A DNA stretch of 64,000 nucleotides from Macrostomum lignano (Eukaryota), in NCBI GenBank assembly GCA_002269645.1, contig NIVC01000838.1:310001-374000 (forward strand). Direction: 5' to 3'. The position numbers and the translations under genes are program-made. Shown here piece by piece: positions 23,990-36,949 of this stretch; position 1 is the first letter of the stretch; every line of letters begins with the position of its first letter. The notes under the pieces were generated by a model. It was given only the letters and a program-made list of their open reading frames with translations. It searched no databases and had not been told where the DNA came from.

Positions 23990-24212
23990 CTATTCTCTCC
24001 CTTCTCCTCTTCTCTCCGATCAAACCTTTCCCTCCTCTCTCCCCTCCCTCTCTTTCCTTCTCCCCTCTCCCTCTTCTCTCCCTACTCCTCTCCGCTCTCA
24101 TCTCCTCCCCCTCTCCATATCCTCTCCCGTCTCCTTTTCCTTCTCTCACTTGCTCTCCCTCCTCTCTCCCCTCCCCTCTTCTCTCTTCTTTTTTCACTCC
24201 TCTCCTTTCTCT
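23990..24212 (+). repeat. CT-rich low-complexity tract
   Basis: Polypyrimidine composition. Confidence 0.85.
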
Positions 24213-25085
24213 TCAATAACAACACCATCCCGACACTGCCGCAAGTATAAGCTGGGATTATCTATCTGCCTGGTTTAAGCCCATCCCGGGCCTTCATAGC
24301 AGAACAAATCCAAAGTTATAACAAAGAAAGTCGTCTGGCTTTACAGACAAGATAAATATAATTCTTAAACTTTCTTGGCCCGCCCACGTAGGCCCAGAGC
24401 TCAGCGAAGTCTTTGTTGTCTATGTAAATATCGAATGACAATGGCAGGTTGACTTTTTTGTGGGCTCGGATATTGTGAGAAATACAGGGGTGATGATGCT
24501 GGCGGGGCGGGTTGAGTGGCCTCGGTCGGGGCTGTTATGTAATTTGTTAAATAACAATAATAAAGGACAGCGGAGACTGCGAGTCTGCAGGCTGTGTTTT
24601 GTATTGAATCCTACGCGCGACAAAGACTAGCTCTGTCGATATATAAAGTTGCAGTCTCTGTGGGAGGAAAAAAGAAGAAATTCTTTGTTTAAACTTCATC
24701 TCTGGAGGCCTGCAATTCGAGACGAAGACCCTCTTCTATTGTGCATAGGTGTCAAGACTTCAGGCCTCTCAATGGTGTCGGGTTCTTGATCTTGGTCTCG
24801 CGCTGCATGAGGAACTGAGGGTGTGCCGTGTCAAAGTTTGCTTTGCTCTATTATCCAAGTTGAACTCATCCCATTCGATTCTATATGTACTGCTTCGTAT
24901 TATATCATTGGATTTGCTGTTGTCAATGGCTTTATAAAATCCAAACTGTAACAGATTAGCTGTTAAAGTTAAACAACAGAATTATAAACGTTACGTGCGT
25001 TGAGCTCTGTATATCGTATGGCATATGCAATTGGTAATGTAGATTACTCATGACTAGCTGCTAAATTTTGTTACTAGTTGCTAAA

Positions 25086-25482
<397 letters not shown>

Positions 25483-27556
25483 TATAGGTGCACGGATTTT
25501 GATCAACCAACTGTAACAAAGACTCATTAGACTTGAGTAGCCCGTGCACACCATAAACCTTTTTCAAGCCGTTATAGACGTGCAGCTCAGCCGCTGTCCC
25601 GGGGGAGGAAGGCGCTCAGTCGAGCAGGAAGGCGAGGCAATCAAGGGGGTCCCGAGCGTGAATAGCAGGCAGCAGATGTTCAACCAGGCTAATTTGAGAA
25701 CTTCTCAATCGCCGCCGGTCCCCCTCTCTGTCTCAGGCTCAGCTCGCAATATTGAGCATTTTCATGAAGAAAGGGCTTGCGCCATTCGAAACTGCGGTGG
25801 GATTTTCTTCCCCAACTCCTCGGAGTCACAGCACGAGGCCCCACGCGACCGCGGAGTCGTCTGACATCTGGCCGACTGTTTCGATTCGCACCTGGCATTA
25901 GGCAGAGCCGTCAATTCTCTATATGCAACCGGCCTTCCTCTCGGGGAGCTCAACCCTTTTTACTGTGCTTCTTGCCTGTCTCTCGTGTGCTCATTAGTGC
26001 GGAAAATCCCCACCTTCTCTTTAAAATAGACCAAGCCTTAGTGTTGGTTCCTGAATCCCAATTCTCGTTTAAGAAGCGCCTCTAAGACCTGCACCTTAAT
26101 AGTTCAAACGGTATATATAATTATATTAACTATATGTTAACTATATCGAACATATCCGTGATGCTGTTTATCAGTTTTTGCTTGTAAACACTATATTTGA
26201 TCTGGTGTTGAGTCTAGAGACATAGTATTTCACAAAGATTCGGCCTGTTCCTAATAACTTCCTTGGAAATGCCGATAAGAGATAAGAGAAGAGCAAGGCT
26301 GCTTTTGCTGAATTTCTACTCTTCTTGTGCTTCTAACTTCTTGGTCGGCAATTCTTTCTCTGTCTACAGTCAGTCTATGGTAGAAGGCCCCACATGAAGG
26401 CCGCTCGCACAAGAACAGGATTCGAATGAGTCACGCGTGCCGTCTTCTGTCGGTGAGGGGGGGGGGTTTCTTGATGAATTTGAACAGCTGCGAGGCCCCC
26501 ATATTGTTCCCATTTTCCTCGGGGCCCCCAAGGCTTTGCATGCAGCCTAGCTCGTGTTCAATATTTTTCCATTTATGGGAACAAAGAAGGGGGCCAGCCA
26601 AAACTATAAGGGGAACGAAGAGCCACCACCATCTTTTACGGCCTCCCTCGAAGCCCCTTCACCCCCCCCCCCACTCTCGAGGGAAGCACACAGCGCATAC
26701 TCGTATGAGAGAGAAGGGCGCACGCGCTCCTGTCGAACAAAATTAATGAGGCCACCGTGGGGCCCCAAATTCTAAAATCCGAACCCCCCGCCTCGTGCCT
26801 GGCTGGCTGGCTATATTGGGTTGTAAAACCAACACCCCACGCTTACCCCGTCTAGGCCTGTGCTTGTCTGTGCTGTGGTGGTGTGGAGCTGAAGGGGTTT
26901 CCCTCTGCCTCACTGCCTGCCCGTTTTACCCTGGCCCTGAAATCGATTAAGTCGCGTGGCCCAGGCCCGCTAGCCAAGACGCAAACCTTCGTCCTTGCCC
27001 CTCCACTCCACCCCACTATGCACGCGACTAACTATAAGCTGTGTAAATAGACACACATAGCTTAGTTTCTTGCTTAATGTTTAATGATTCCTATTGTATG
27101 TACATTGGCGCTCTTCACTCTTCGAATGCTTTACTATATGCAGCAATTATGCTCCAAATAAAAGACGATCAAAATGAGCTGATGTAGAATTAAACAAGTT
27201 TTTTACGCATTATATTTTAAAGTGCAAGTAACTTATTGGTCAATCGAGTGAATCGACGATATTATGTTTTTTATAAATATGATTATTATAAAAGAACAAT
27301 AATGCTGACAGAAAGGAGAAACAAAATAGTTAATTAAATAAAAAACAGTATATACATTGATTGTACTTTTGTAATTTTGCGCATGTAAACTTTGACGGAT
27401 TTGAAACATTGAGCCATAATGTTGAATATTAAATATAGAAATGGCAATGTTTTTACAGAGCATGTAAGAGAAAGTGCTGGATTCAGATTAACGGTCAAGC
27501 AACATAATGCACTAACTCTGTCTCTTAGGTCAGGATGTTAGAAATCAAAATCCTTT

Positions 27557-27657
27557 TTAATTGCCGCTCCCAGAAGAAGAGGAACTGCCGGCCTTCTTTG
27601 CTCCATTGATTGCAGTTTCGTCCAGGGTCAAACGTCTCTTCTTTAGCGGGAAGATGT
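27557..27657 (-). CDS. CIP/KIP (p21/p27/Dacapo-like) CDK inhibitor, exon 2 (completes the PIP degron)
   Basis: Acceptor CCATTTACAG|AC, phase 1; the spliced junction reads QAQIT/DIFPLKKRRL, cf. p21 QTSMTDFYHSKRRL; TAA at 27559-27557. Confidence 0.78.
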
Positions 27658-28289
27658 CTGTAAATGGAGATTTAAGAAAGATTGGCAGGCTTAAAAGGTG
27701 ATTCTACAAAATGTTAAGTCTTATCTGTCGAATCGAATCCCAATTCTCGCGTTTGGGGGATTTGGGGATTTCTATTCTCTAGCCAATGGACATGGCAACC
27801 CAAGTGATTGCGTAATCGAACTTGATATATTGACCGATAGATATCGTTAAATGTTTGGCTCCGTTTTGTCCCGACCTTCACCCGACTATTTTGGTTGCTA
27901 TGCTAACATGGCGGCGGGCCCCCATGGGAGCTTGAAGAAGGTTGAACAAAGACTTGCGGGGCGCCGCGCCTTCCCATTCCCCATTTGGACGTGTACACAG
28001 TAAGAGCTTTGGGTGCCATGTGGGCTGTCTCAGGGTCTGGCACTTTGCCAATACAATTATCGCCATGGGCACATAATACTAAGCCCTCATAGTCTAACCA
28101 AAGTCTCATTTTAGAATTATTATTAATCTAAAATCAGAATGGTTCCCAAGGCCTCAAAACCCACGCGGCCACGCCTTAGTGTTATTGTTGGCAAGATGCC
28201 AGAAGCAGGTCTTTTATGAGTATGAATTCAGGCAACTGCTCAGGTGAGACTACTGCTTATTAGTATTAGTGTTGATATATCTGAAAATG

Positions 28290-28790
28290 CCTTCTCTCCC
28301 TATCATTATCTATTCTCTCATCATGGACATCTTACTTCTTATGCCGTTATAGATATCTATTTTCTCCTTATAGAATATTAATTTTCTTTAAGTAGGTATA
28401 CTCTTCTCACACATTTCTATTCTCTCCTCATGGATATCTATTCTTTCCTCATAGTTATCTATTCTCTCATCGTGGATATCTATTCTTTCCTCATGGATAC
28501 CTTATTCTCTCATCATTGATATCTAGATTCCATTCTCTCCTCATGAATATCTATTCTCTTCTCATTGATATCTATTCTCTCCCCATTGATATCTATTTTC
28601 TACTCATTGATATCTATTCTCTCATCGTAGATATCTATTATCTTCTTATTGATATATTCTCTCCTGTCTCCTCATGTATATATATTCTCTCGTCATTGAT
28701 ATATATTCTCTCCTTATTGATATATCTATTCTCTCCTCATGGATGTCTATTTTCTCCTCATTGATATCTATTCTCTCCGACTTCTCATAG
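28290..28790 (+). repeat. Degenerate ~21-22-bp AT-rich minisatellite (GATATCTATTCTCTCCTCATT-like)
   Basis: Imperfect tandem copies in the CDK-inhibitor intron. Confidence 0.8.
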
Positions 28791-28958
28791 ATTTATTCTA
28801 GCCGTTATCTTTTAGTTATATATAATATTTTAGTTATATATAAAGTCACAGCATTAATTATTCAGCCTCATCTCTCGTGTGTGCATGGGTATAGGATACC
28901 AAAATATCAGATTTCAATGTAGTCAAGTCAGCTCCCTCCTCAGTCCTCAGCCTCTCAC

Positions 28959-29544
28959 CTGTAATTTGTGCCTGCTGCGAACCAGAAAGCCTCGCTCTGC
29001 ACGTCCTCGAGCTCAGACTCAGGCTCATACTCGTAGAGGAATTGCCGCCCGCAGAATAGCTTGATGAAGAAGTGGGAGTCTGCTGCTTTTTAATTGTCAC
29101 CGGCTGTCGGATGCGCCGCCGACTTTTCTTGCTTGCAGTCGAAGAAGAAACTAATGCTGCTGCTGCTGCAATAGTCTGCTGCTCCCGGCGCGGCTTCATC
29201 TGGCGCTGGAGGCTCTGCTCCCTGTCTTCTTGCGCTTCGTCTTCCTCTACTAGGAGACTGTCGTGGCAGCAGCTGCAGCCTGAGCTGTGACAACGATAAT
29301 AGTCCGGCAGTTGATCGGCGCTCGCCAAACGCCAACTAAGACAGCCATATTTAGCTTTAAACCTGTCCGCATCTGCAGCAATGCACAGCCGCATGCTAGC
29401 TAGAAGAGCCTGGACAAGCTGCTGTTGACTTGAACCAGCAGCAACTGCCTGCTCTGTGTCGCGTGGCGGTGAGGGTGACTGCGTTGACGGTGGAAACAGG
29501 GCGGAGCTATTGCTGGTTGATGACGAGAGCTTGCGTTGCAGCAT
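28959..29544 (-). CDS. CIP/KIP CDK inhibitor, exon 1 (divergent CDI domain)
   Basis: ATG 29544; RKL..ALFPP; DADRFKAKY..SWRLASADQLPDYYR vs p27 EWQEVEKGSLPEFYYR; donor ACAG|GTGAG, phase 1; spliced protein 228 aa. Confidence 0.75.
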
Positions 29545-31044
29545 TTTGCTGGTTTTTAGCGAATATTAGAATTCAGATCCACCGGATTGATTGGGAATTG
29601 GACTGTGAACCTTGATTTCAGTTTTCCAAGCTGGTTTTATAGTTCCCTCGCCATAACAGTTTAGCCATGAAGGAGGAGGGTGGGGTGGGTGGTGGGTCCT
29701 GGGCCAGCCAATAGCGGCTGAGTGGGGCCAACCCCCCAGTTCTTGGAAACTTCATGTGCAGTTCAAAACACCGCCCTCCAACCCCCAATCCCCAACCCCC
29801 CCTGCAATAAACCCGGGCCTGCAGTCTGTGCATATGGAATAGAAACGTGGGGAAGGGCGGAACGGGGAAGTGTTATCTGACTTTGGGTGCCAGTTAAGGG
29901 ACCTTTGTTGAACTATTTAAAATTTAAATTAGGTCTCGCTTCGCTAGAGGCGTTACTTTTGTGTATGCCGTATAAGGGATGAAGTGGACAGGACAGGAAA
30001 AGTGATCCTTGTGTGCTTGAAATTCAATCGCGTGGACCAACGCAGTATGAAAATTACTTGACCAAAGCAAAACAAATTACAAATTAACAATTCAAGTTTT
30101 TATTTCGACAGATTTCAGATTTGCAACATCTTCAAAAATTGGAGTTGAATTTCTTTCCGAGAAGCTCCAACTATAACGGTCAAAAATTATATGCGTAATC
30201 GCGAATCCTACCTTAATTGTAGGCGGTTTCAATGTGCTCTTTATTTTGAGTTTGCCTGGACTTGCGCGTGTATATAATTTTGCATTTTATATCAAAGGCC
30301 TGGTTGCACTGGTCATTTGCTGACACTAGAATAATCTCCTGTTTCCAACTACTCACTGAAATTCCTATTCACAGAAATTGGTATTCATGGAAAATACTAT
30401 TCACAGATAGATAGCCCTTGCTCACAGAAATTCCTATTCGATGAATCCATCCTCACTGAAATCTCCTATCCACTGAAATCCTTCATCACTGAAATCTCTA
30501 ATCTCAGAATTATTTCTTGCAATTATTCACTTTTCCTTACAGGTTTCCAGGTTTTGTAAACAAAATATTCAGTACAACCCGTAATACCCTACTGTGAGTA
30601 GAAATATACAGAAAAGGCAACTATTTTCATCGTTAGCAGCTGCCTGCCTCGGCTGTCTGCACATGGTGAAAATTCGAAAAAAAATTCACGTTAATTTTTA
30701 CACACTGAAAGCCGAACGGCAAAAACGAAAACTTTGGCTTTAGAAAAACTGTTAAGTTAAAAATTGAGTTTGTGTTTTCATCAAGGCGTCCAGGTTCGCA
30801 GCCCAATGCGCAAAAGTGTATCACATGCTTCGAGTGAACGCAGTCCCTGTCTGGCCACAACAAGAGAAACAACAAACTCAAAGTATAACTGCGCAATTGT
30901 TAACGAGGATCTACATGGCAAACGGAATAGCAACAGTAGTTTTTGAGGTACCAGGACTTAGGGATTGGACACAGTGAGGTGCTGTCCTCTCAAGGACCAC
31001 TGGTGGAGATGTGATAGTACTAAAGTACTAATAAAACTTCCAAA

Positions 31045-31895
31045 TGCTAATATCTAGTGTCAGATGCTAATATCTAGTGTCAGACGCTAATATCTAGTGT
31101 CAGATGCTAATATCCAGTATAAGATGCTAATATTTAGTGTCAGATGCTAATATCCAGTGTCAGATGCTAATATCTAGTGTCAGATGCTAATGTCTAGTGT
31201 CAGATGCTAATATCCAGTGTCAGATGCTAATATCTAGTGTCAGATGCTAATATCTAGTGTCAGATGCTAATATCTAGTGTCAGATGCTAATATCCAGTGT
31301 CAGATGCTAATATCTAGTGTCAGATGCTAATATCTAGTGTCAGATGCTAATATCTAGTGTCAGATGCTAATATCTATAGTCAGATGCTAATATCTAGTGT
31401 CAGATGCTAATATCCAGTGTCAGATGCTAATATCCTGTGTCAGATGCAAATATCCAGTGTCAGATGCTAATATCAGTGTCAGATGCTAATATCCAGTGTC
31501 AGATGCTAATATCCAGTGTCAGATGCTAATATCCAGTGTCAGATGCTAATATCCAGTGTCAGGTGCTAATAGACGCTAATATCCTGTGTCAGATGCTAAT
31601 ATCCAGTGTCAGATGCTAATATCCAGTGTCAGATGCTAATATCCTGTGTCAGATGCTAATATCCAGTGTCAGATGCTAATATCCAGTTCAGGTGCTAATG
31701 AATGCTAAAATCCAGTGTTAGATGCTAATATCTAATCTAGTGTCAGATGCTAATATCCAGTGTCAGATGCTAATATCTAGTGTCAGATGCTTATATCTAG
31801 TGTCAGACGCTAATATCCTGTGTGAGATGCTAATGTCTAGTGTCAGATGCTAATATCCAGTGTCAGATGCTAATATCTAGTGTCAGATGCTAATA
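31045..31895 (+). repeat. 20-bp minisatellite GCTAATATC(T/C)AGTGTCAGAT
   Basis: Tandem array. Confidence 0.95.
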
Positions 31896-33037
31896 CCGGG
31901 TATCATTGTTAATTAAAAGAGTCTGGTGCTGTTCTCTAGTGTCCGAAGTTAGCTTCAGCCACGCCTAAGGAGTGGCACACCCAGACGCTGTCTTGATAAA
32001 AAATGTTACACACGCAGACAGAAATAGTCTGCCCAGGTTAATAATTTGCTATTCGATATCGCTACAGACGCTAAAACTTAGTCTCTCTCTCCACATGCTC
32101 TGCCAGTATTCTTGCACCAAATATCAAATAACACGTTTTCACGACTTGGAAAGGGTTTGTTTTACAAAATACAGAAATATCAACTTAAAAACTTCCCACG
32201 AATTAAAGAGTTCGCAGACGGCGCCCAAGGCCCCTGTGTGTTGTCAGCACACTTGTGCTATAGTTGCATTTCACTCAATGCAGTTGCTGACGGCTACACA
32301 AAATAGAGTTCATGTTAGTACCTACGTGTTGATCATTGGCCATTGGGTTAAATGTACTCGACTTTGGATCAGTCAAATCAGTCATGATTAGCTGTGCCGT
32401 GTTATTCGCAAACTGGATACAGGGCGCCTGAGGGTTTTAATTGGCGTTGGAGTGATTGAAGCGTTGTATATACAAAGGTAGTGAAGTACTTCTCCTTCTC
32501 GGGTTCTTGAAGATGTTCCTAGAAAATAGAACCCGCTGCTCCTGAAGAAGCTAGATAGCACCGCAGTACTACCTATCGATTTGCCTGAAAATGAACCTAA
32601 AACGTTAGCCGTGACTTAATAGGGTTGCTGCCACCTTGGTGTGCGGACTCGACGCGTCGGCAGAGTTGTCTATCCGTCACTTGAAAGAAAAATAACAAAG
32701 TCGCTCGGAGCAAAGGCAAATCTGAAAAATGTCTCGACAGTCGATCGTCTTAGTAGAATGCTGCTCGAACCTGAAAACCTGTAAACCTGAAATGAGAGAG
32801 AAGAGCTCGGAGGCAGAGAGGCAGCTCCGGTCGAGCCCAGACAGGACGACGCGAATCTGGAGAAAATGGCTCGCAGATGCTCCGTATTTATAGCCGAGCA
32901 GACCCCCAAAAGTCACGTGAGTTTCATGCGGTGAGCGCGTGAAACTTCCTTATTTAATTGGGCATTGGAATCATGCGAGCGACGCGTGATCCAAGGCCAA
33001 CTTCCAAATAAGGCAACCCTGTCACGCAGCAGTGGCG

Positions 33038-33248
33038 TGACTCAAGGTCAGTGGCCACGCACAGAGTGCGTGCACAGTCACGTGCTTAGTCTGTGCTAAA
33101 AATAGAATCGTGGGTGGATGAGTCATCCTGTTTACTCCCTCTAGGTAGACACTCCGCGCAGGTGATGAGTCATCCTGCTACGCCTCCTCAGCGCAAGTGG
33201 GAAGACATTGAGTGTGGCTGCCCGCGCCTGCTCAGGCGATGAGTCATC
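33038..33248. promoter_or_regulatory. Cluster of AP-1/TRE sites: TGACTCA (33038) and three GATGAGTCATC (33117, 33164, 33238), plus E-box CACGTG
   Basis: Motifs seen directly; enhancer function is inferred. Confidence 0.5.
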
Positions 33249-33439
33249 GGGCAGTAAACACTTAGGCCCAGCACAGGGTATCTCTCTCACTAGATCAGGT
33301 GGACTGAGCTACTGTGCAGCGGATCACAGCACTCATAGGGAAAGCTAGTGAATGCTGCTGAATAACCAGTTAGCAGCCAGTCACAACAGTAGCTTAAATT
33401 TTGTAGGCATCCCTAGTGAAAATTATCTCCTCTACCCTC

Positions 33440-34775
33440 TCCTCTCCTCTCCCGTTTCTGGTGCATATCCCCTCTCTCCTCTCCAGTCTCTCCTCTCCAG
33501 TCTCTCCTCTCCAGTCTCTCCTCTCCAGTCTCTCTCCAGTCTCTCCTCTCCAGTCTCTCCTCTCCAGTCTCTCCTCTCCAGTCTCTCTCCAGTCTCTCCT
33601 CTCCAGTCTCTCCTCTCCAGTCTCTCCTCTCCAGTCTCTCCTCTCCAGTCTCTCTCCAGTCTCTCCTCTCCAGTCTCTCCTCTCCAGTCTCTCCTCTCCA
33701 GTCTCTCCTCTCCAGTCTCTCCTCTCCAGTCTCTCCTCTCCAGTCTCTCCTCTCCAGTCTCTCCTCTCCAGTCTCTCCTCTCCAGTCTCTCCTCTCCAGT
33801 CTCTCCTCTCCAGTCTCTCCTCTCCAGTCTCTCCTCTCCAGTCTCTCCTCTCCAGTCTCTCCTCTCCAGTCTCTCCTCTCCAGTCTCTCCTCTCCAGTCT
33901 CATCTCTCCAGTCTCATCTCTACAGTCTCACCTCTACAGTCTCATCTCTACAGTCTCACCTCTTCCTTCTCTCCTTTTCTATCTCACCCCTACCCTCTCT
34001 TCTCTCCAGTCTCATCTCTCCAGTCTTTCCTCTCCAGTCTCTCCTTTCCAGTCTCTCCTCTCCAGTCTCTCCTCTCCAGTCTCTCCTCTCCAGTCTCTCC
34101 TCTCCAGTCTCTCCTCTCCAGTCTCTCTCCAGTCTCTCCTCTCCAGTCTCTCCTTTCCAGTCTCTCCTCTCCAGTCTCTCCTCTCCAGTCTCTCCTCTCC
34201 AGTCTCTCCTCTCCAGTCTCTCCTCTCCAGTCTCTCCTCTCCAGTCTCTCCTCTCCAGTCTCTCCTCTCCAGTCTCTCCTCTCCAGTCTCTCCTCTCCAG
34301 TCTCTCCTCTCCAGTCTCTCCTCTCCAGTCTCTCCTCTCCAGTCTCTCCTCTCCAGTCTCTCCTCTTCCTTCTCTCCTTTTCTATCTCACCTCTAGCCTC
34401 TCTTTTCGCCTGTCTCACCCCTACCCTCTCTCCTCTCCAGTTTCACCTCTCCAGTCTCTCCTCTCCAGTCTCTCCTCTCCAGTCTCTCCTCTCCAGTCTC
34501 TCCTCTCCAGTCTCTCCTCTCCAGTCTCTCCTCTCCAGTCTCTCCTCTCCAGTCTCTCCTCTCCAGTCTCTCCTCTCCAGTCTCTCCTCTCCAGTCTCTC
34601 CTCTCCAGTCTCTCCTCTCCAGTCTCACCTCTCCAATCTGACCTCTCCAGTCTCACCTTTTCCGTCTCTCCTCTCCTGTCTCACTTCTTCCCTCTCTTCT
34701 CTCCTGTGTCACTTCTTCCATCTCTTCTCTCCTCTCCTGTCTCACTTCTTCCATCTCTTCTCTCCTCTCCTGTCT
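33440..34775 (+). repeat. 14-bp minisatellite TCTCCTCTCCAGTC
   Basis: Long tandem array with a repeated internal variant block. Confidence 0.96.
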
Positions 34776-35397
34776 CACCAGGCCGTCAAAGTCTCCAGAC
34801 ATAGCCTAATCGAGCATGTCTGAGCCTGTCCAGAATTGTTGTTGATCAGGATGCCACGGAGAATCGATGGCTCAATTAATTGCAGTGTGAACGAGCCTTA
34901 GAGACCAAAAAGCAACAGGTGAAATTTATTTCAATTTCTATGCATCATATATTTATGAATATGCATGTATATTAATAAATAAATATATATATATAATATT
35001 GAGGGCATTCATTTAGTGCAGAAGCAGAAGTCACACAGAGGCGAACAGTGTGTGTTTGTATTGCTTTTGCGCGACTAACTGTTCTGATAGCTTGTTCTCG
35101 CTAGTGCGAATTCAATTGAGAAAAAACGCACACCGCATTGGAGCAAGTGCACCAAAGATGCGGTAAGTCGGTAAGTAAGGGGCTTCTTCGAGGGTGGCGG
35201 GGCATGCAGGCTGTAAAAAGCAGAAGAACAATTCTCTAAAGTTCTGTTCCAGTTTGTTTGCCTGTCTGCCGGTTGCTGCTCGGGTAAGGGGCAGAGAAAA
35301 ATAATAAGCATAGCGAAAGTGAACTCCAGCTGAAGGGGCCGGCAGGGAGGCAGGCAGGGAGGGAATGCCACGAGATGACGAATCAGACAGAACGTGC

Positions 35398-35809
35398 TCA
35401 GACAAAGATCACAGATGCTGGCTCCAGTTGTTGTTGTTGCTGCTGCTGCTGCTGCTGAGCAGCTCGTCTCCCGGTTCGCAGCAGGTGCCGCTTCCGTTCG
35501 TGACGCGGCGCCCAGCGGCCCAGGCAAGAGGCCGCATCATCATCCGTGGTGAGACCCGCCCGCTCCTGGGCCACCTGGGCTGCTCGGGCCTTCAGCAGGC
35601 GCGACAGCACCGGGCGTCTGGTGACGTAGCGGCTGCCGTCCGCTCGGCGCTTCACTACCCACTCCATGGGTGGCTGAGCCGCCTGCTGCTGCTGCTGTTG
35701 TTGCTGCGGCTCCTCCCAGTGCTGCACCGGCTGATGCCGGGCCATTGATGTGAAGGACGTGCCGCGCATTGTTGAAGATTGAACATTGGCCGCAGCTCGG
35801 ACTGCGCAC
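35398..35809 (-). CDS. PDZRN3/4-PDZD4/Slip1-family protein, last exon
   Basis: MEWVVKRRADGSRYVTRRPVLSRLLKARA..ERAGLTTDDDA vs PDZRN3 [40 protein letters not shown]; ends SVIFV*; acceptor TTTGCAG|G, phase 2. Confidence 0.92.
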
Positions 35810-36190
35810 CTGCAAATGGGATTTGAAGAGTCGGGCAATGTAACCTCGTTGATTCTGTGGGGAAAATTGGTCCAGGGACGGTCACGCGGTTCGCAACCGA
35901 TGAGGGCCGCCAGCTCCCAAGTCACAGAAAGTGTACACGCCTGACGATTAGAAATACTGGTGACAGGACCATGTCACCGATAAAGCCGTTGTATTCAGGG
36001 GTACCCGGAGCCCTCCGGCCAATATATTTCGCAAATATGACAGAAAAAACCGCTGCTTTAAGAGTGCTCTTCCATGTTTTCCAACTAAGTTGGCGTAGAC
36101 TTTCTCAAAGCAGCAAGATTCATGTCTGTCATTATAGATGTCTTAGGATTTGAAACTTCCTATAATTGAGAAGACATTCGCTGAGCTCAC

Positions 36191-36921
36191 TTGCTGAGCC
36201 GCTGTTCCCTTCTCTGCGGATGCTGCTGATTCTGGCATCGTCTGTGAGCATCAGGGCGACCTTCGACTGCTTCAGCTGTGCCGACTGTTTGACAAGCTGC
36301 GCTTCGAGAAGCTGCTGCTGTTGGTGCTGGCTGCTGCTGCTGCTGCTGTTTCGGTTGCGGCGAACCTCGCTGAAGTCGAGTGCCCATTCTTGGCACACAG
36401 CGAGGCTGCTGCTGCTGCTGCTGCTGCTGTTTTCGCGCATCCGAAGGACTGGCGCTGCTGCTCCTTGTTATCCGCGTCAGCGCCGCGGCCAGCTCTTCGA
36501 CTTCCTGCTCGGAGCTCTGCGTGCTGCTCACCCCGGAGTCCTGCTGCTGGTCCCGGACGCGATTCTTCAACGCCTCCTTCTTAGCGTCATCGTCCTGTTC
36601 ATTCTCGTCGATTCCGCCAAATCGTTCGTCGACTTCGTCAATCTCAGCTGGAGTCTCCAGCATCATGAGCTCCAGGTGCAGCTCGTCCAGGTTGGCCGGC
36701 GCCGCCGCCGCCGCCGACGATGAGGAGCTGCGCTCGGAGCCGCCTGTGTCGGACGTGGTGGCCGTTGACGGTCGCGCCACAAGGAGGGCAACCCGACGAT
36801 CGCCAGCGCCGAAAAGGCGGACGGCCTGATCGCGCGTCCGCACCGGGTGGCCGTTGATGCGCAGGATCTGGTCGCCTGGCCGGATCCGGCTGCTGGCCGC
36901 TGCGATGCCGCTCGGCTCCAC
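36191..36921 (-). CDS. PDZRN-family exon: second half of PDZ-B plus linker
   Basis: VEPSGIAA..RIRPGDQILRINGHPVRTRDQAVRLF..LLVARP; DSGV..SSEQE motif; phase 0-2. Confidence 0.88.
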
Positions 36922-36949
36922 CTGTCGAATGCGGTGGAGGAAGCGATGT

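Noticed and set aside
36132-36440. Alternative frame in the large PDZRN exon (possible frameshift)
   Set aside because: The main frame is continuous and phase-matched to the conserved last exon; the alternative frame would stop before MEWVVK.
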